Shown piece after piece: positions 41,710 to 51,500 of a DNA stretch of 64,000 bases. The number at the start of each line of letters is the position of its first letter. Position 1 is the first letter of the stretch. The translations under genes were made by a program, and so were the position numbers. This DNA comes from an uncultured Acidobacteriota bacterium. Its GTDB lineage: Bacteria; Acidobacteriota; Thermoanaerobaculia; Gp7-AA8. A model generated the notes under the pieces. That model had not been told where the DNA came from. It ran no database searches and saw nothing but the letters and a program-made list of their open reading frames with translations. The stretch spans positions 1,024,001-1,088,000 of the forward strand of contig CAVUKB010000005.1 of assembly GCA_963741955.1 (NCBI GenBank). The letters are read 5' to 3'.

Positions 41710-41932
41710 CGGTTCGAAAAACCGGGGTCGGGATCCAGCGCGGCTGAGCTGTCCGCCGCGCTCCGGCCTTGCCATTGGAATCGGCATGGATTTGCCGTGC
41801 CGGCTGCGGCGGAAGCCGCAGCGCCCCTCCTGTCGCGCAGGTTCGAATGGCTCCGCCCGCGCGGATGGGGCTGCCTCTTCTCGATCGCCGTCATCATCCG
41901 GCGATCCCTTTCTTCGTCGCTGCACGGAAGGC

Positions 41933-41948
41933 TGGCAGAGCCGTTGCA
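41933..41948 (+). promoter_or_regulatory. Putative sigma54 promoter
   Basis: TGGCAGAGCCGTTGCA (GG-N10-GC), 14 nt before ATG 41963. Confidence 0.55.
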
Positions 41949-41962
41949 CGCCTGACCCCATC

Positions 41963-42229
41963 ATGGCTGACGACGTCGACGTTTCCCAACTCATCGCCCG
42001 CGCCGCTTCGATGCTCACCATCTGGGGGGTCGGGAAGATTCTCGGCACCGAACAGGGGGAGCAGGTCGTGGAGGAGTTCGACGACCAGATGCAGCGCGCC
42101 CGGATCATCGCCCAGCTGAAGATGCGCGAGGTCGGCCGGAACATGCGCCGCCACCCCGGACTCCTCGTCATCGGTGCGGGGTGTCTGATCGGCGCCGGAG
42201 TCTGCTTCACCCTCGCGATGAAGAAGTGA
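41963..42229 (+). CDS. Small hypothetical protein with C-terminal TM helix
   Basis: MADDVDVSQL...RRHPGLLVIGAGCLIGAGVCFTLAMKK; the tail resembles YqjD/ElaB-type anchors (HP + TM + basic end). Confidence 0.6.
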   Translation: MADDVDVSQLIARAASMLTIWGVGKILGTEQGEQVVEEFDDQMQRARIIAQLKMREVGRNMRRHPGLLVIGAGCLIGAGVCFTLAMKK

Positions 42230-42335
42230 CTCCGGCCGGAATCATTCTGGAGGCCTCCCTCGCGATGCACCGTTTCCGCATCGTTCCAGCTTCGGATTGA
42301 ATCGCTCCGATCCATCCCGTATCCTCCTCTCTCCG

Positions 42336-44834
42336 ATGAGAAAAGCTCTGTTCTGTTCGACGGCCGTTCTTTCTCTTCTCCTCGTACTTCCGTTCCGGCT
42401 GCTCGCCGCCGACGGAGCGTCGCTCACTCCGCAGCGGACCATGAGCGCCGCCGAGGTCCAGCTCGCGCTCGACAAGCTGAACGTCGTCGGGAGCGCGCTC
42501 TACATCGCCGCACATCCGGACGACGAGAACACTGCGATGCTTTCGTGGCTCTCCAGCGGCCGGCTGGTCCGCACCGGGTACCTTGCGCTCACCCGCGGCG
42601 ACGGAGGCCAGAACCTGATCGGGAGCGAAAAGGGAGAGCTCCTCGGAATGTTGCGCACCCAGGAGCTTCTCGACGCGCGGCGGATCGACGGCGCCGAACA
42701 GTTCTTCACCCGCGCCGTCGACTTCGGCTACACCAAGTCTCCCGACGAGACGTTCCGCTTCTGGAACCACGACACGATCCTCGGCGACGTGGTCTGGACC
42801 ATCCGCAAGTTCCGCCCGGACGTGATCATCACCCGTTTTCCGACCACCGGCGAAGGGGGTCACGGACACCACACCGCCTCCGCGATTCTCGCGGTCGAAG
42901 CGTTCAAGGCTGCAGGTGATCCGGCCCGTTACCCCGAACAGCTCGCATACGTGCAGCCGTGGCAGCCGAAGCGGATCTTCTGGAACGCGTGGCGTCCCGA
43001 TCTCGACCACCGACCCGCTGGGGCACCTCCACTGATCGCGGTCGATCTCGGCGCCTACAACCCGCTCCTCGGGAAGTCGTACACCGAGATCGCCGGCGAA
43101 GCGCGCTCGATGCACAAGAGCCAGGGCTTCGGATCGGCCGAGCGGAGAGGCTCGACCGTGAACTATCTCGAGCAGCTCGGAGGAGATCCCGCGAAGAGTG
43201 ATCCGTTCGAAGGGATCGACACGAGCTGGACGCGCGTTCCCGGATCCGCGCGCGTCGCCGCGCTCCTGCGCGATGCCCGCAACCGGTTCGAACCCGCACA
43301 TCCCGATGCGGTCGTTCCGCTCCTCGTCGAAGCCTGGAACTCGATGCAGCAGCTTCCTCCCTCTCCCTGGGTCGAAGAGAAGAAGCGGGAACTGGCTGCG
43401 ACGCTGCGAGGCGCGAGCGGACTCTGGCTCGAAGCGATTGCGGACCGCCCGGCCACGACGCCGGGAGGAACGTTCAACCTCACCGTCACCGCCATCAACC
43501 GGTCCAACCAGAGGCTCGCGATCGCTTCCGTCCAGCCGCCGTTCGACGGCGTCGCAGTCAGCGGAACCACACTCGCGACGAACCACCCCACCGAGACGAA
43601 GTTCACCATCGCGGTTCCTGCGGACCAGCCGATCTCCGAGCCGTACTGGATGGTGGGATGGGACCACTCCGCGATGTACCCGGTTCCGGACCCGAGGCTC
43701 ACCGGCCTCCCCGAGAATCCTCCCATCACCGCAACGGTGCTCGTCGACTTCAACGGGACCCGGATTCCGTACCAGATCCCGGTTCTCTTCCGCTCGACGG
43801 ACCGGGTGGAAGGGGAGCGCTACCAGCGGCTCGGAATCGTTCCCCCCTTCACGGTGAACTTCGCCGAACCGATGATCCTCTTCCCCGACTCGAGCGCGAA
43901 GGCGGTGCACCTGGTGGCGCGATCACTCACCGGACACGCTGAAGGCTCGGTCAGCCTTCGTCTTCCCGCCGGCTGGAAGTCGGATCCCTCCAGCGTCGAT
44001 CTCCGTTTCGAAGAGCCGGGCGACGAACACAACGTAGTCTTCGAGGTCGCCCCCACCGCGGAGCCGTTCCGAGGGATGGCGGGCGCCCAGGTCGAATCCG
44101 GCGGGAAGCTCTATCGCCGGAGCCGGGAGACGATCGACTACCCGCACATCCCGCAGCAGCTCCTCCACCCGGAGGCGGCAGCACGTCTGGTGCGTACCGA
44201 TCTCCGGAAGGAGGGTTCGCGGATCGGCTATGTGATGGGACCGGGGGACGACGTCCCGGCCGCGCTCGAGCAGTCCGGGTACGACGTGACTCTTCTCACG
44301 GACCAGGATCTCGAAACTGCGGACCTGACCCCCTTCGATGCGGTGGTCACCGGAGTCCGGGCGTTCAACACAAGGAAGGTCCTGGAGAACCAGCTGCCCC
44401 GTATTCTCGAGTATGTGAAGAACGGCGGGACGTTCCTGGTGCAATACGACACCGCGGACCGGACGCTCCCTTCGCGCATCGGGCCGTGGCCGATCGAGCT
44501 TTCCCACGACCGCGTCACGGTCGAAGAGGCGCCGGTCACGTTCGTCCATCCCGACAGTCCGCTCCTCCATCGGCCGAACGAGATATCTCAACGCGATTTC
44601 GAGGGATGGGTGCAGGAACGCGGCCTCTACTTCGCGCGAACCTGGGATCCGAAATACGAGACGCTCCTCTCCAGTCACGACCCGGGAGAAAAGCCTCTGG
44701 AGGGAGGACTCCTCGTCGGCCATTACGGGAAAGGCACCTACATCTACACCGGGTATGCGTTCTTCCGGCAGCTTCCGGCAGGGGTGCCCGGCGCGTACCG
44801 GCTGTTTCTGAACCTGATCGCGGGCGGGAAATGA
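42336..44834 (+). CDS. PIG-L/LmbE family deacetylase with C-terminal accessory domains
   Basis: LYIAAHPDDEN, LTRGDGGQN, RTQELL.ARRIDG, GHGHH, RSMHKSQGFG, FFRQLPAGVPGAYRL. Confidence 0.92.
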   Translation: MRKALFCSTAVLSLLLVLPFRLLAADGASLTPQRTMSAAEVQLALDKLNVVGSALYIAAHPDDENTAMLSWLSSGRLVRTGYLALTRGDGGQNLIGSEKGELLGMLRTQELLDARRIDGAEQFFTRAVDFGYTKSPDETFRFWNHDTILGDVVWTIRKFRPDVIITRFPTTGEGGHGHHTASAILAVEAFKAAGDPARYPEQLAYVQPWQPKRIFWNAWRPDLDHRPAGAPPLIAVDLGAYNPLLGKSYTEIAGEARSMHKSQGFGSAERRGSTVNYLEQLGGDPAKSDPFEGIDTSWTRVPGSARVAALLRDARNRFEPAHPDAVVPLLVEAWNSMQQLPPSPWVEEKKRELAATLRGASGLWLEAIADRPATTPGGTFNLTVTAINRSNQRLAIASVQPPFDGVAVSGTTLATNHPTETKFTIAVPADQPISEPYWMVGWDHSAMYPVPDPRLTGLPENPPITATVLVDFNGTRIPYQIPVLFRSTDRVEGERYQRLGIVPPFTVNFAEPMILFPDSSAKAVHLVARSLTGHAEGSVSLRLPAGWKSDPSSVDLRFEEPGDEHNVVFEVAPTAEPFRGMAGAQVESGGKLYRRSRETIDYPHIPQQLLHPEAAARLVRTDLRKEGSRIGYVMGPGDDVPAALEQSGYDVTLLTDQDLETADLTPFDAVVTGVRAFNTRKVLENQLPRILEYVKNGGTFLVQYDTADRTLPSRIGPWPIELSHDRVTVEEAPVTFVHPDSPLLHRPNEISQRDFEGWVQERGLYFARTWDPKYETLLSSHDPGEKPLEGGLLVGHYGKGTYIYTGYAFFRQLPAGVPGAYRLFLNLIAGGK

Positions 44835-44965
44835 GCGAGTCTCGAGACTCGGACAAAGAGCCTCCGCCGATCCTCGGTTCCTGGCCGCGTCTCTACGCCA
44901 TCGTGCTCGGCGAGCTCGCACTCCTCATCGCGCTCTTCACCTGGTTCACGAAGGCGTTCCAATGA
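44831..44965 (+). CDS. Small single-TM membrane protein (44 aa) coupled to the SSS transporter
   Basis: MSESRDSDKEPPPILGSWPRLYAIVLGELALLIALFTWFTKAFQ; ATGA overlaps at both ends. Confidence 0.8.
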   Translation: MSESRDSDKEPPPILGSWPRLYAIVLGELALLIALFTWFTKAFQ

Positions 44966-46689
44966 GAGCGGTCGACTGGACCATTCTCATCGCGTCTCTC
45001 CTCTTCATCGTCCTCTACGGACTCTGGAAGGGACGGAAGAATCGGGATCTCGACGACTACATTCTCGCCGGGCGCAGCCTGAAGTGGTACACCATCGCGC
45101 TTTCCATCATGGCCACCCAGGCGAGTGCGATCACGTTCATCTCCACTCCGGGGCAGGCGTACGCCGACGGGATGCGCTTCGTGCAGTTCTATCTCGGTCT
45201 CCCGGTCGGGATGGTCATCCTCTCCATCACCGCAGTTCCGATCTATCACCGGCTGAAGGTGTACACGGCGTACGAATATCTGGAAGGGCGATTCGATCTC
45301 AAGACGCGCGCTCTCGCCGCCGGACTCTTTCTCGTTCAGCGTGGACTCGCAGCCGGTCTGACCATCTTCGCTCCCGCATTGATCCTCTCCATCATCCTCG
45401 GGTGGAATCTCTACGTCACCAACATCGTGATCGGCGGGCTGGTGGTGATCTACACCGCGCTCGGCGGAACGAAGGCGGTCAACTGGACCAACTTCCACCA
45501 GATGCTGATCGCGATGCTGGGAATGGTCGCCGCGTTCATGGTGGTCCTCGCGTTCCTTCCTCCCGACGTCTCGCTCCCCGAAGCGGTGACGCTCGCGGGA
45601 AAGATGGGGCGGCTCGATGCGATCGACTTCTCGTTCGACTGGAGTAATCGATACAACTTCTGGTCCGGACTGATCGGCGGGATGTTCCTGCAGCTCTCCT
45701 ACTTCGGGACCGATCAGTCGCAGGTCCAGAGATATCTCACCGGAAGCTCGGTTGCGGAAAGCCGGCTGGCGCTCCTCCTGAACGGGATGCTCAAAGTTCC
45801 GATGCAGTTCTTCATCCTCTTCGTCGGGGCGATGGTCTTCGTCTTCTACCAGTTCGTCACGCCGCCGGTCTTCTTCAACTCCGTCGCCACGGATCAGATG
45901 CGGACCAGCCGCTACGCCGCCGAGTTCCGGGACGTCGAGCGACGGCACGAGAAGGCTGCGGTGGAACAGCGGGTCGAGGCGCGGAACCTGCTGGAAGCGG
46001 TGCGCAGCGGAAACGACCCCGCGATCTCACGGCAGGAAGAGCGGCTCGGCGCAGCGCGGAGCCGCACCCTCGCGACCCGCGCCGAAGCGATCGACCTGAT
46101 GAAGAAGCGCGACCCCGAAGCCGATACGAACGATACGAACTTCATCTTCCTCACCTTCGTGATCCACTACCTTCCGGCGGGACTGGTGGGTCTGGTGATC
46201 GCAGCCGTCTTCGCGGCCTCGATGTCGTCGACCTCTTCGGAGCTGAATGCTCTCGCTTCGACGACGGTGGTGGACTTCTACCGGAGGATGCTCCGCCCGG
46301 ACGCGACGCAGACCCACTACGTGAAAGTCTCGAAACTCGCCACCCTCTTCTGGGGAGCCTTCGCGATCGGCTTTGCCGAATACGCGAACCGGCTCGGTTC
46401 TCTCATCGAGGCGGTGAACATTCTCGGATCGGTCTTCTACGGGACCATTCTCGGGATCTTCCTCGTGGCGTTCTATCTGAAGAGAGTGGGTGCAACCGCG
46501 ACGTTCACCGGGGCGATCCTCGCGGAGATCGTGGTGCTGTACCTGAAGTTCGGGACGGAGATCGCGTTCCTCTGGTACAACGTCGCGGGGTGTCTGGTGA
46601 CGGTCGGCGTCGCGATCCTCATTCAATGGATGAGCGGCGAGCCTCGTCCGCATTCTCCCGCGAACCCCGACTCCTCACGGGCGAACTGA
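44962..46689 (+). CDS. Sodium:solute symporter (SSS) family transporter
   Basis: SIMATQASAITF, TAYEYLEGRF, YFGTDQSQVQRYL, AASMSSTSSELNALA. Confidence 0.95.
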   Translation: MRAVDWTILIASLLFIVLYGLWKGRKNRDLDDYILAGRSLKWYTIALSIMATQASAITFISTPGQAYADGMRFVQFYLGLPVGMVILSITAVPIYHRLKVYTAYEYLEGRFDLKTRALAAGLFLVQRGLAAGLTIFAPALILSIILGWNLYVTNIVIGGLVVIYTALGGTKAVNWTNFHQMLIAMLGMVAAFMVVLAFLPPDVSLPEAVTLAGKMGRLDAIDFSFDWSNRYNFWSGLIGGMFLQLSYFGTDQSQVQRYLTGSSVAESRLALLLNGMLKVPMQFFILFVGAMVFVFYQFVTPPVFFNSVATDQMRTSRYAAEFRDVERRHEKAAVEQRVEARNLLEAVRSGNDPAISRQEERLGAARSRTLATRAEAIDLMKKRDPEADTNDTNFIFLTFVIHYLPAGLVGLVIAAVFAASMSSTSSELNALASTTVVDFYRRMLRPDATQTHYVKVSKLATLFWGAFAIGFAEYANRLGSLIEAVNILGSVFYGTILGIFLVAFYLKRVGATATFTGAILAEIVVLYLKFGTEIAFLWYNVAGCLVTVGVAILIQWMSGEPRPHSPANPDSSRAN

Positions 46690-46745
46690 GGCCTTTCGCT
46701 TCTCAGCCCATCATCCTGCCGATCCCAGGTCGATGCGGAATTCCA

Positions 46746-47115
46746 GATCCGCGATCCTCGATCCTCGATCCTCGATCTTCGATGCCTCTCAGATCCGCGA
46801 TCCTCGATCCTCGATCCTCGATGCCTCGATCTTCGATGCCTCTCAGATCCGCGATCCTCGATCCTCGTTCCTCGATGCCTCTCAGATCCTCGATCCTCGT
46901 TCCTCGATGCCTCTCAGATCCTCGATCCTCGATCCTCGATACCTCTCAGATCCTCGATCCTCGATCCTCAATCCTCGATCCTCGATCCTCGATCCTCGAT
47001 CTTCGATCCTCGATCCTCGATCTTCGATGCCTCTCAGATCCTCGATCCTCGATCCTCGATGCCTCTCAGATCCTCGATCCTCGATGCCTCTCAGATCCTC
47101 GATCTTCGATGCCTC
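46746..47115. repeat. (GATCCTC)n heptamer array punctuated by the 11-mer GATGCCTCTCA
   Basis: Direct reading; about 35 GATC sites by manual count; abuts the DUF2911 stop. Confidence 0.95.
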
Positions 47116-47116
47116 C

Positions 47117-47962
47117 CTACTTTTTCCACCCGGCGATCGCTTCCTCCATCGCACTCGTATCGACGGGGGGAGTGGCCGCCTTTCCGAGCTTCACCGCCTT
47201 TTCGCCGAGCGCCACCGCGTCCTTCGGCTTTCCGCTCTCGGCGAGGATCCGGGCCTTCAGGCCGACGTTGTAGAAATTCTCGTCGATGGCGATCGAGCGA
47301 TCCAGCCACGCCGCCGTTTCGGCCGCGTCGCCGCCATTGTGGTAACTGAAGGAAGCAGCCCGGTACGGCGTCTGCCAGTCGCTCAGTTCGTGCCGCGCCT
47401 GCGACAGCACCTGATCTTTCGTGTCGACCTCGACGCGGAACGGAACGATCAGCTTCTCCCACGCCAGAGCGACGGTCGCCGAGTCGTCGTCGACCGCCGG
47501 AAACGCGAACGTCATCCTCTCGTGGAAGTCGTGTTGCTTCGGCTGGACCTCGACCCTGAGAACGTCTTTCGCCGGATCGTAGTCGTAGGCCCCCCACTGG
47601 TCCGCGTCCTTGTTGAAGATCAGAGTCCAGGTGCTTTCGGTGGGGATGGTGAAGAGCGCGTACCGGCCGGCCTTCAGCGGTTGTCCCTCGACCTTGACGT
47701 CGCTGCTGAACGTGATGGTGGTCGCTTCATTCGCTCCGGTACGCCAGACCTTGCCGTACGGGACCAGCCCGCCCCAGATCACGCGGTCTTTCACTCCCGG
47801 GCGGCTGTAGGTGATCGTCACGTCGGTGACGCCCACCGTCTGACTGACGGAAGCTTTCGGGCTGGGGCGCGGCATCTGCAGCTCCGCGTGGAGGGGGACT
47901 GCGAGTGAAGCGATCAACATCGAAGTCGCGAATACGCCTCCGGTCATCTTCCTCGAGAGCAT
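47117..47962 (-). CDS. DUF2911 domain secreted protein
   Basis: PRPSPKASVSQTVG, YSRPGVKDRVIWGGLVPYGKVWRTGANEAT, GRYALFTIP; TPR-like tail. Confidence 0.92.
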   Translation of the reverse strand: MLSRKMTGGVFATSMLIASLAVPLHAELQMPRPSPKASVSQTVGVTDVTITYSRPGVKDRVIWGGLVPYGKVWRTGANEATTITFSSDVKVEGQPLKAGRYALFTIPTESTWTLIFNKDADQWGAYDYDPAKDVLRVEVQPKQHDFHERMTFAFPAVDDDSATVALAWEKLIVPFRVEVDTKDQVLSQARHELSDWQTPYRAASFSYHNGGDAAETAAWLDRSIAIDENFYNVGLKARILAESGKPKDAVALGEKAVKLGKAATPPVDTSAMEEAIAGWKK

Positions 47963-48158
47963 CGGAAACCTCCTTGGATCGTGCTTCGTCGTTCGGCGGG
48001 AGTACCGGCGAATGTTAGCAGAGGTGGAAGGAAAGATACGGATCGGGATCCTCCACGGTCATCACATTCCCCGGCGCGACGACCCTGGCGCGGCGGTACG
48101 CCGGCCCCGGCTCCCGGGATGGCGCTCGGAATCGGACGGATGATATTCTCCGGCCGCC

Positions 48159-49601
48159 ATGACCACGACAAAAGAATCCAGCCTGAACTCGGAACAGACC
48201 AGCCAATTCGTCGACCGTTTCTGGGAGGAGCAGATCCTCCCCACCCTGAGCAGCTACATCGAGATTCCGAACCAGTCGATCCTCTTCGACCCTGAGTGGA
48301 AGAAGAACGGTCACATGGATCGCGCAGTCGCGCTGGTCCGTGAGTGGGTCGAAAAGCAGAACATCTCAGGGCTTCGGCTCGAAGTGATCGAAGACACCGG
48401 GCGCACACCGGTGATCCTCATCGAAGTCGACGGAGCGAACGACGACACGATCCTCCTCTACGGCCATCTCGACAAACAGCCGGCGATGGTCGGCTGGGAC
48501 AAGGAGCTCGGACCGTGGAAGCCGGTACGACGCGGCGACAAGCTGTTCGGCCGCGGAGGCGCCGACGATGGCTACGCGGTTTTCTCGATCATCTCCATGG
48601 TCAAGGCGCTCCAGGAGCAGAAGATCCCCCATGCACGCCTGGTCGCCCTGATCGAAACGTGTGAGGAGAGCGGCTCACTGGATCTCCCCCACTACGTCGA
48701 AAAGTTTTCCGGCCGGATCGGCACGCCGAGCCTCGTGATCTGCCTCGACTCGGGATGTGGCAACTACGACCGGCTGTGGCTGACCACTACGCTGCGTGGC
48801 GCCATCGTCGGGAATCTCACGGTCGACGTTCTCACCGAGGGTGTGCATTCGGGAGACGCGAGCGGAATCGTTCCTTCGAGCTTCCGGATTCTCCGAGTCC
48901 TCCTCGATCGTCTCGAGGATGCGAAGAGCGGTGAGCTGATCCCGGAATGGATGTCGATCGACGTCCCGCCGCATCGGATGGAGCAGATCCGTCAGACCGC
49001 GGAGATCATGGGTGACAACGTCTGGTCGCAGTTTCCCTTCGTCGAGGGGATGACACCGCTCTCGAAAGACCCGGTCGAGCTGATCATCAACCGCACCTGG
49101 AAGCCGACGGTCTGCTACACCGGTCAGGCCGGGATGCCCGACCTCGTGCAGGGGGGCAACGTGCTGCGACCGCAGACCTCGCTCAAGCTGTCGATCCGCA
49201 TCCCTCCGGGAGTGGATGCCGACACCATCGAAACGAAGCTGACCGAGCTTCTCACCTCGGATCCTCCTTACGGAGCGAAAGTCACTCTCGACCTCGAGAA
49301 GGGCGCCTCCGGATGGGAAGCCCCGAAGACGGTACCGTGGCTGGCGCGATCTCTCGACGCCGCGTCGAACGCCTTTTTCGGTCACAGTGTCGCGAACCTC
49401 GGCGAAGGCGGATCGATCCCGTTCATGGGGATGCTCGGCGAGAAGTTTCCCGAGGCGCAGTTCGTGGTGACCGGAGTCCTCGGCCCCTACAGCAATGCGC
49501 ATGGGCCGAACGAGTTCCTGCACATCCCGATGGCGAAGAAAGTGAGCATGTGCATGGCGCGCGTGGTCGCCGACGCGTTCGAGGCACGGTCGGCGCGATG
49601 A
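48159..49601 (+). CDS. M20/M25/M40 family metallopeptidase
   Basis: LYGHLDKQP, GRGGADDG, CEESGS, CLDSG, GEGGSIP, SNAHGPNE. Confidence 0.93.
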   Translation: MTTTKESSLNSEQTSQFVDRFWEEQILPTLSSYIEIPNQSILFDPEWKKNGHMDRAVALVREWVEKQNISGLRLEVIEDTGRTPVILIEVDGANDDTILLYGHLDKQPAMVGWDKELGPWKPVRRGDKLFGRGGADDGYAVFSIISMVKALQEQKIPHARLVALIETCEESGSLDLPHYVEKFSGRIGTPSLVICLDSGCGNYDRLWLTTTLRGAIVGNLTVDVLTEGVHSGDASGIVPSSFRILRVLLDRLEDAKSGELIPEWMSIDVPPHRMEQIRQTAEIMGDNVWSQFPFVEGMTPLSKDPVELIINRTWKPTVCYTGQAGMPDLVQGGNVLRPQTSLKLSIRIPPGVDADTIETKLTELLTSDPPYGAKVTLDLEKGASGWEAPKTVPWLARSLDAASNAFFGHSVANLGEGGSIPFMGMLGEKFPEAQFVVTGVLGPYSNAHGPNEFLHIPMAKKVSMCMARVVADAFEARSAR

Positions 49602-50740
49602 CGACGAAGATTGCGGTACTCGGCTGCGGGCTGGTAGGCGGCCTGATCGCACACGACCTCGCCTCGGATCCGGGAATCGAGGTCCACGCGTTCGACGCGT
49701 CGGAGCGGGCTCTCGCCGCTCTGGAGGATCTTCCGCGGATCCGGACCGCGCGGGCCGATCTGTCGGATCCGAAGCAGATCGCGAACGCGGTCCGTGCAGC
49801 CGATGCCGTGGTCGGTGCCGTTCCGGGACGGTACGGCACTCAGATGCTCCGCACCGTGATCGAAGCCGGCAAACCGATCGCCGACATCTCCTTCTCCCCC
49901 GAGAACCCACTCGCGCTTCACGATCTCGCGGTGGAGAAAGGAGTCACGGCGGTGGTGGACTGCGGCGTCTCGCCCGGGCTCTCGAATCTCGCCGTCGGTC
50001 GTGCCGCGTACCACCTCGACGACGTTCGCCACGCGGTGATCTACGTCGGTGGGCTTCCCGTCGAGCGGCACTGGCCGTACGAATACCGGATCGTCTTCTC
50101 CGCCACCGACGTGATCGAGGAGTACACCCGGCCGGCACGCCTGGTCGAGAACGGTCGGACGGTCGTGAAGCCGGCGCTCTCGGAGGTCGAGCTTCTCGAC
50201 TTTCCCGGCATCGGAACCCTCGAGGCATTCAACACCGACGGGCTTCGAACGCTGCTCGCCACCATCGAAGCCGACAACATGAAGGAGAAGACGCTCCGCT
50301 ATCCCGGTCACGCCGACCGGATGCGGATGCTGCGCGAGAGCGGTTTCTTCTCCGACGAACCGCTCGAGACGTCGGCCGGAAAAGTGCGACCGCGGGAGCT
50401 GACGGAGGCTCTTCTCTTCCGCAACTGGAAACGACCCGCAGCGGAAGAGGAGCTGACCGTACTTCGGGTGGCGGTCGATGGATCGAAGAACGGCTCGCGG
50501 ATCGAATACACGTTCGACCTTCTCGACCGGACCGACCGGAGCAGCGGCGCGACGTCGATGGCGCGTACCACCGGATTCCCCTGCGCGATCATGGCGCGGC
50601 TCCTGGCCCGCGGCGAATACCGCGATCCAGGGGTCAGGCCTCCGGAATCGTTCGCCTCGAACGATTCCGTCTACAACACCATGGTCGACGAGCTTCGTCG
50701 TCGCGGGGTCCGGTTCGAGGAACGATCCCGGACACTCTGA
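49598..50740 (+). CDS. Saccharopine dehydrogenase / lysine 6-dehydrogenase family protein
   Basis: VLGCGLVG, DCGVSPGLSN, IEEYTRP, EAFNTDGL, EKTLRYPGH, SMARTTG; ATGA overlap with the peptidase. Confidence 0.9.
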   Translation: MTTKIAVLGCGLVGGLIAHDLASDPGIEVHAFDASERALAALEDLPRIRTARADLSDPKQIANAVRAADAVVGAVPGRYGTQMLRTVIEAGKPIADISFSPENPLALHDLAVEKGVTAVVDCGVSPGLSNLAVGRAAYHLDDVRHAVIYVGGLPVERHWPYEYRIVFSATDVIEEYTRPARLVENGRTVVKPALSEVELLDFPGIGTLEAFNTDGLRTLLATIEADNMKEKTLRYPGHADRMRMLRESGFFSDEPLETSAGKVRPRELTEALLFRNWKRPAAEEELTVLRVAVDGSKNGSRIEYTFDLLDRTDRSSGATSMARTTGFPCAIMARLLARGEYRDPGVRPPESFASNDSVYNTMVDELRRRGVRFEERSRTL

Positions 50741-50807
50741 CCGCCGCGGTGAGTCGTCGTTCCGGAACCCTGCAGGATGGCGCCCACCGCAACGTCGAGC
50801 GCCGGAA

Positions 50808-51452
50808 TCACTCCCCGAGCTTCGCATTCAGCTCGCCCAGCTCCTTTGCGAGACGCTCGACCGTCACTTCGAGTCGCTCCACCCGGCTTCCGAGTGACTC
50901 GCTCCGGGTCTCCACTTCGACCGAAGCCACATCCGCAGTCGATTCCTCGAGCGCAGACGGGTCGCCCGCCAGGTGCATCCAGCGCGATTCCTTCTGCCCC
51001 GGACGCCGCGGGAGCTCGCGCGCCAGCGGCTCTTCCCGATCCGCGAGTGTGCGGAGCGTCGCCTCGACCTCGTCGATCGTCTCGAAGCGGAACATCCGCT
51101 CGCTGCGGCCACGAAGCTCGCCCGGCGTCTGTGCTCCCCTGAGCAGCAGGAGCGTCATCACCGCCCGCCGCGCGGGGTCGAGTCCCCACTTTCCGCCGAG
51201 CTTGTGGTCCCAGCGGGTCGCGCGCCCGCCGAGGACCTGCCAGACGTATCCATCGTCCTGAAGCCGCCGGAGTGCGCGCTCGATCTCTTCCTCCCGCAGC
51301 TCCATCACCGGCTCCCGGTTCGTCTTCTGATTGCACGCGGTCGTGAGCGCGTTGAGAGTCAGCGGGTAGTATTCGGGCGTCGTCTGCTGCTTCTCCATCA
51401 GACTCCCGAGGATGCGGATCTCGACCGGGTCGAGCAGAATCGGTTCACTCAT
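50808..51452 (-). CDS. YceH / DUF480 family protein
   Basis: RILGSLMEKQQTTPEYYPLTLNALTTACNQKTNREPVM, LLLRGAQTPGELR, KESRWMHL. Confidence 0.93.
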   Translation of the reverse strand: MSEPILLDPVEIRILGSLMEKQQTTPEYYPLTLNALTTACNQKTNREPVMELREEEIERALRRLQDDGYVWQVLGGRATRWDHKLGGKWGLDPARRAVMTLLLLRGAQTPGELRGRSERMFRFETIDEVEATLRTLADREEPLARELPRRPGQKESRWMHLAGDPSALEESTADVASVEVETRSESLGSRVERLEVTVERLAKELGELNAKLGE

Positions 51453-51500
51453 GGCTGGCGGGTGATCCTATCAGGAGTTACCCGGGGGAGGAATCCCGCT

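Noticed and set aside
46590-47273. DPRSSIL-repeat ORFs (also 59812-60340)
   Set aside because: Translations of (GATCCTC)n in several frames, overlapping real genes; not credible proteins.
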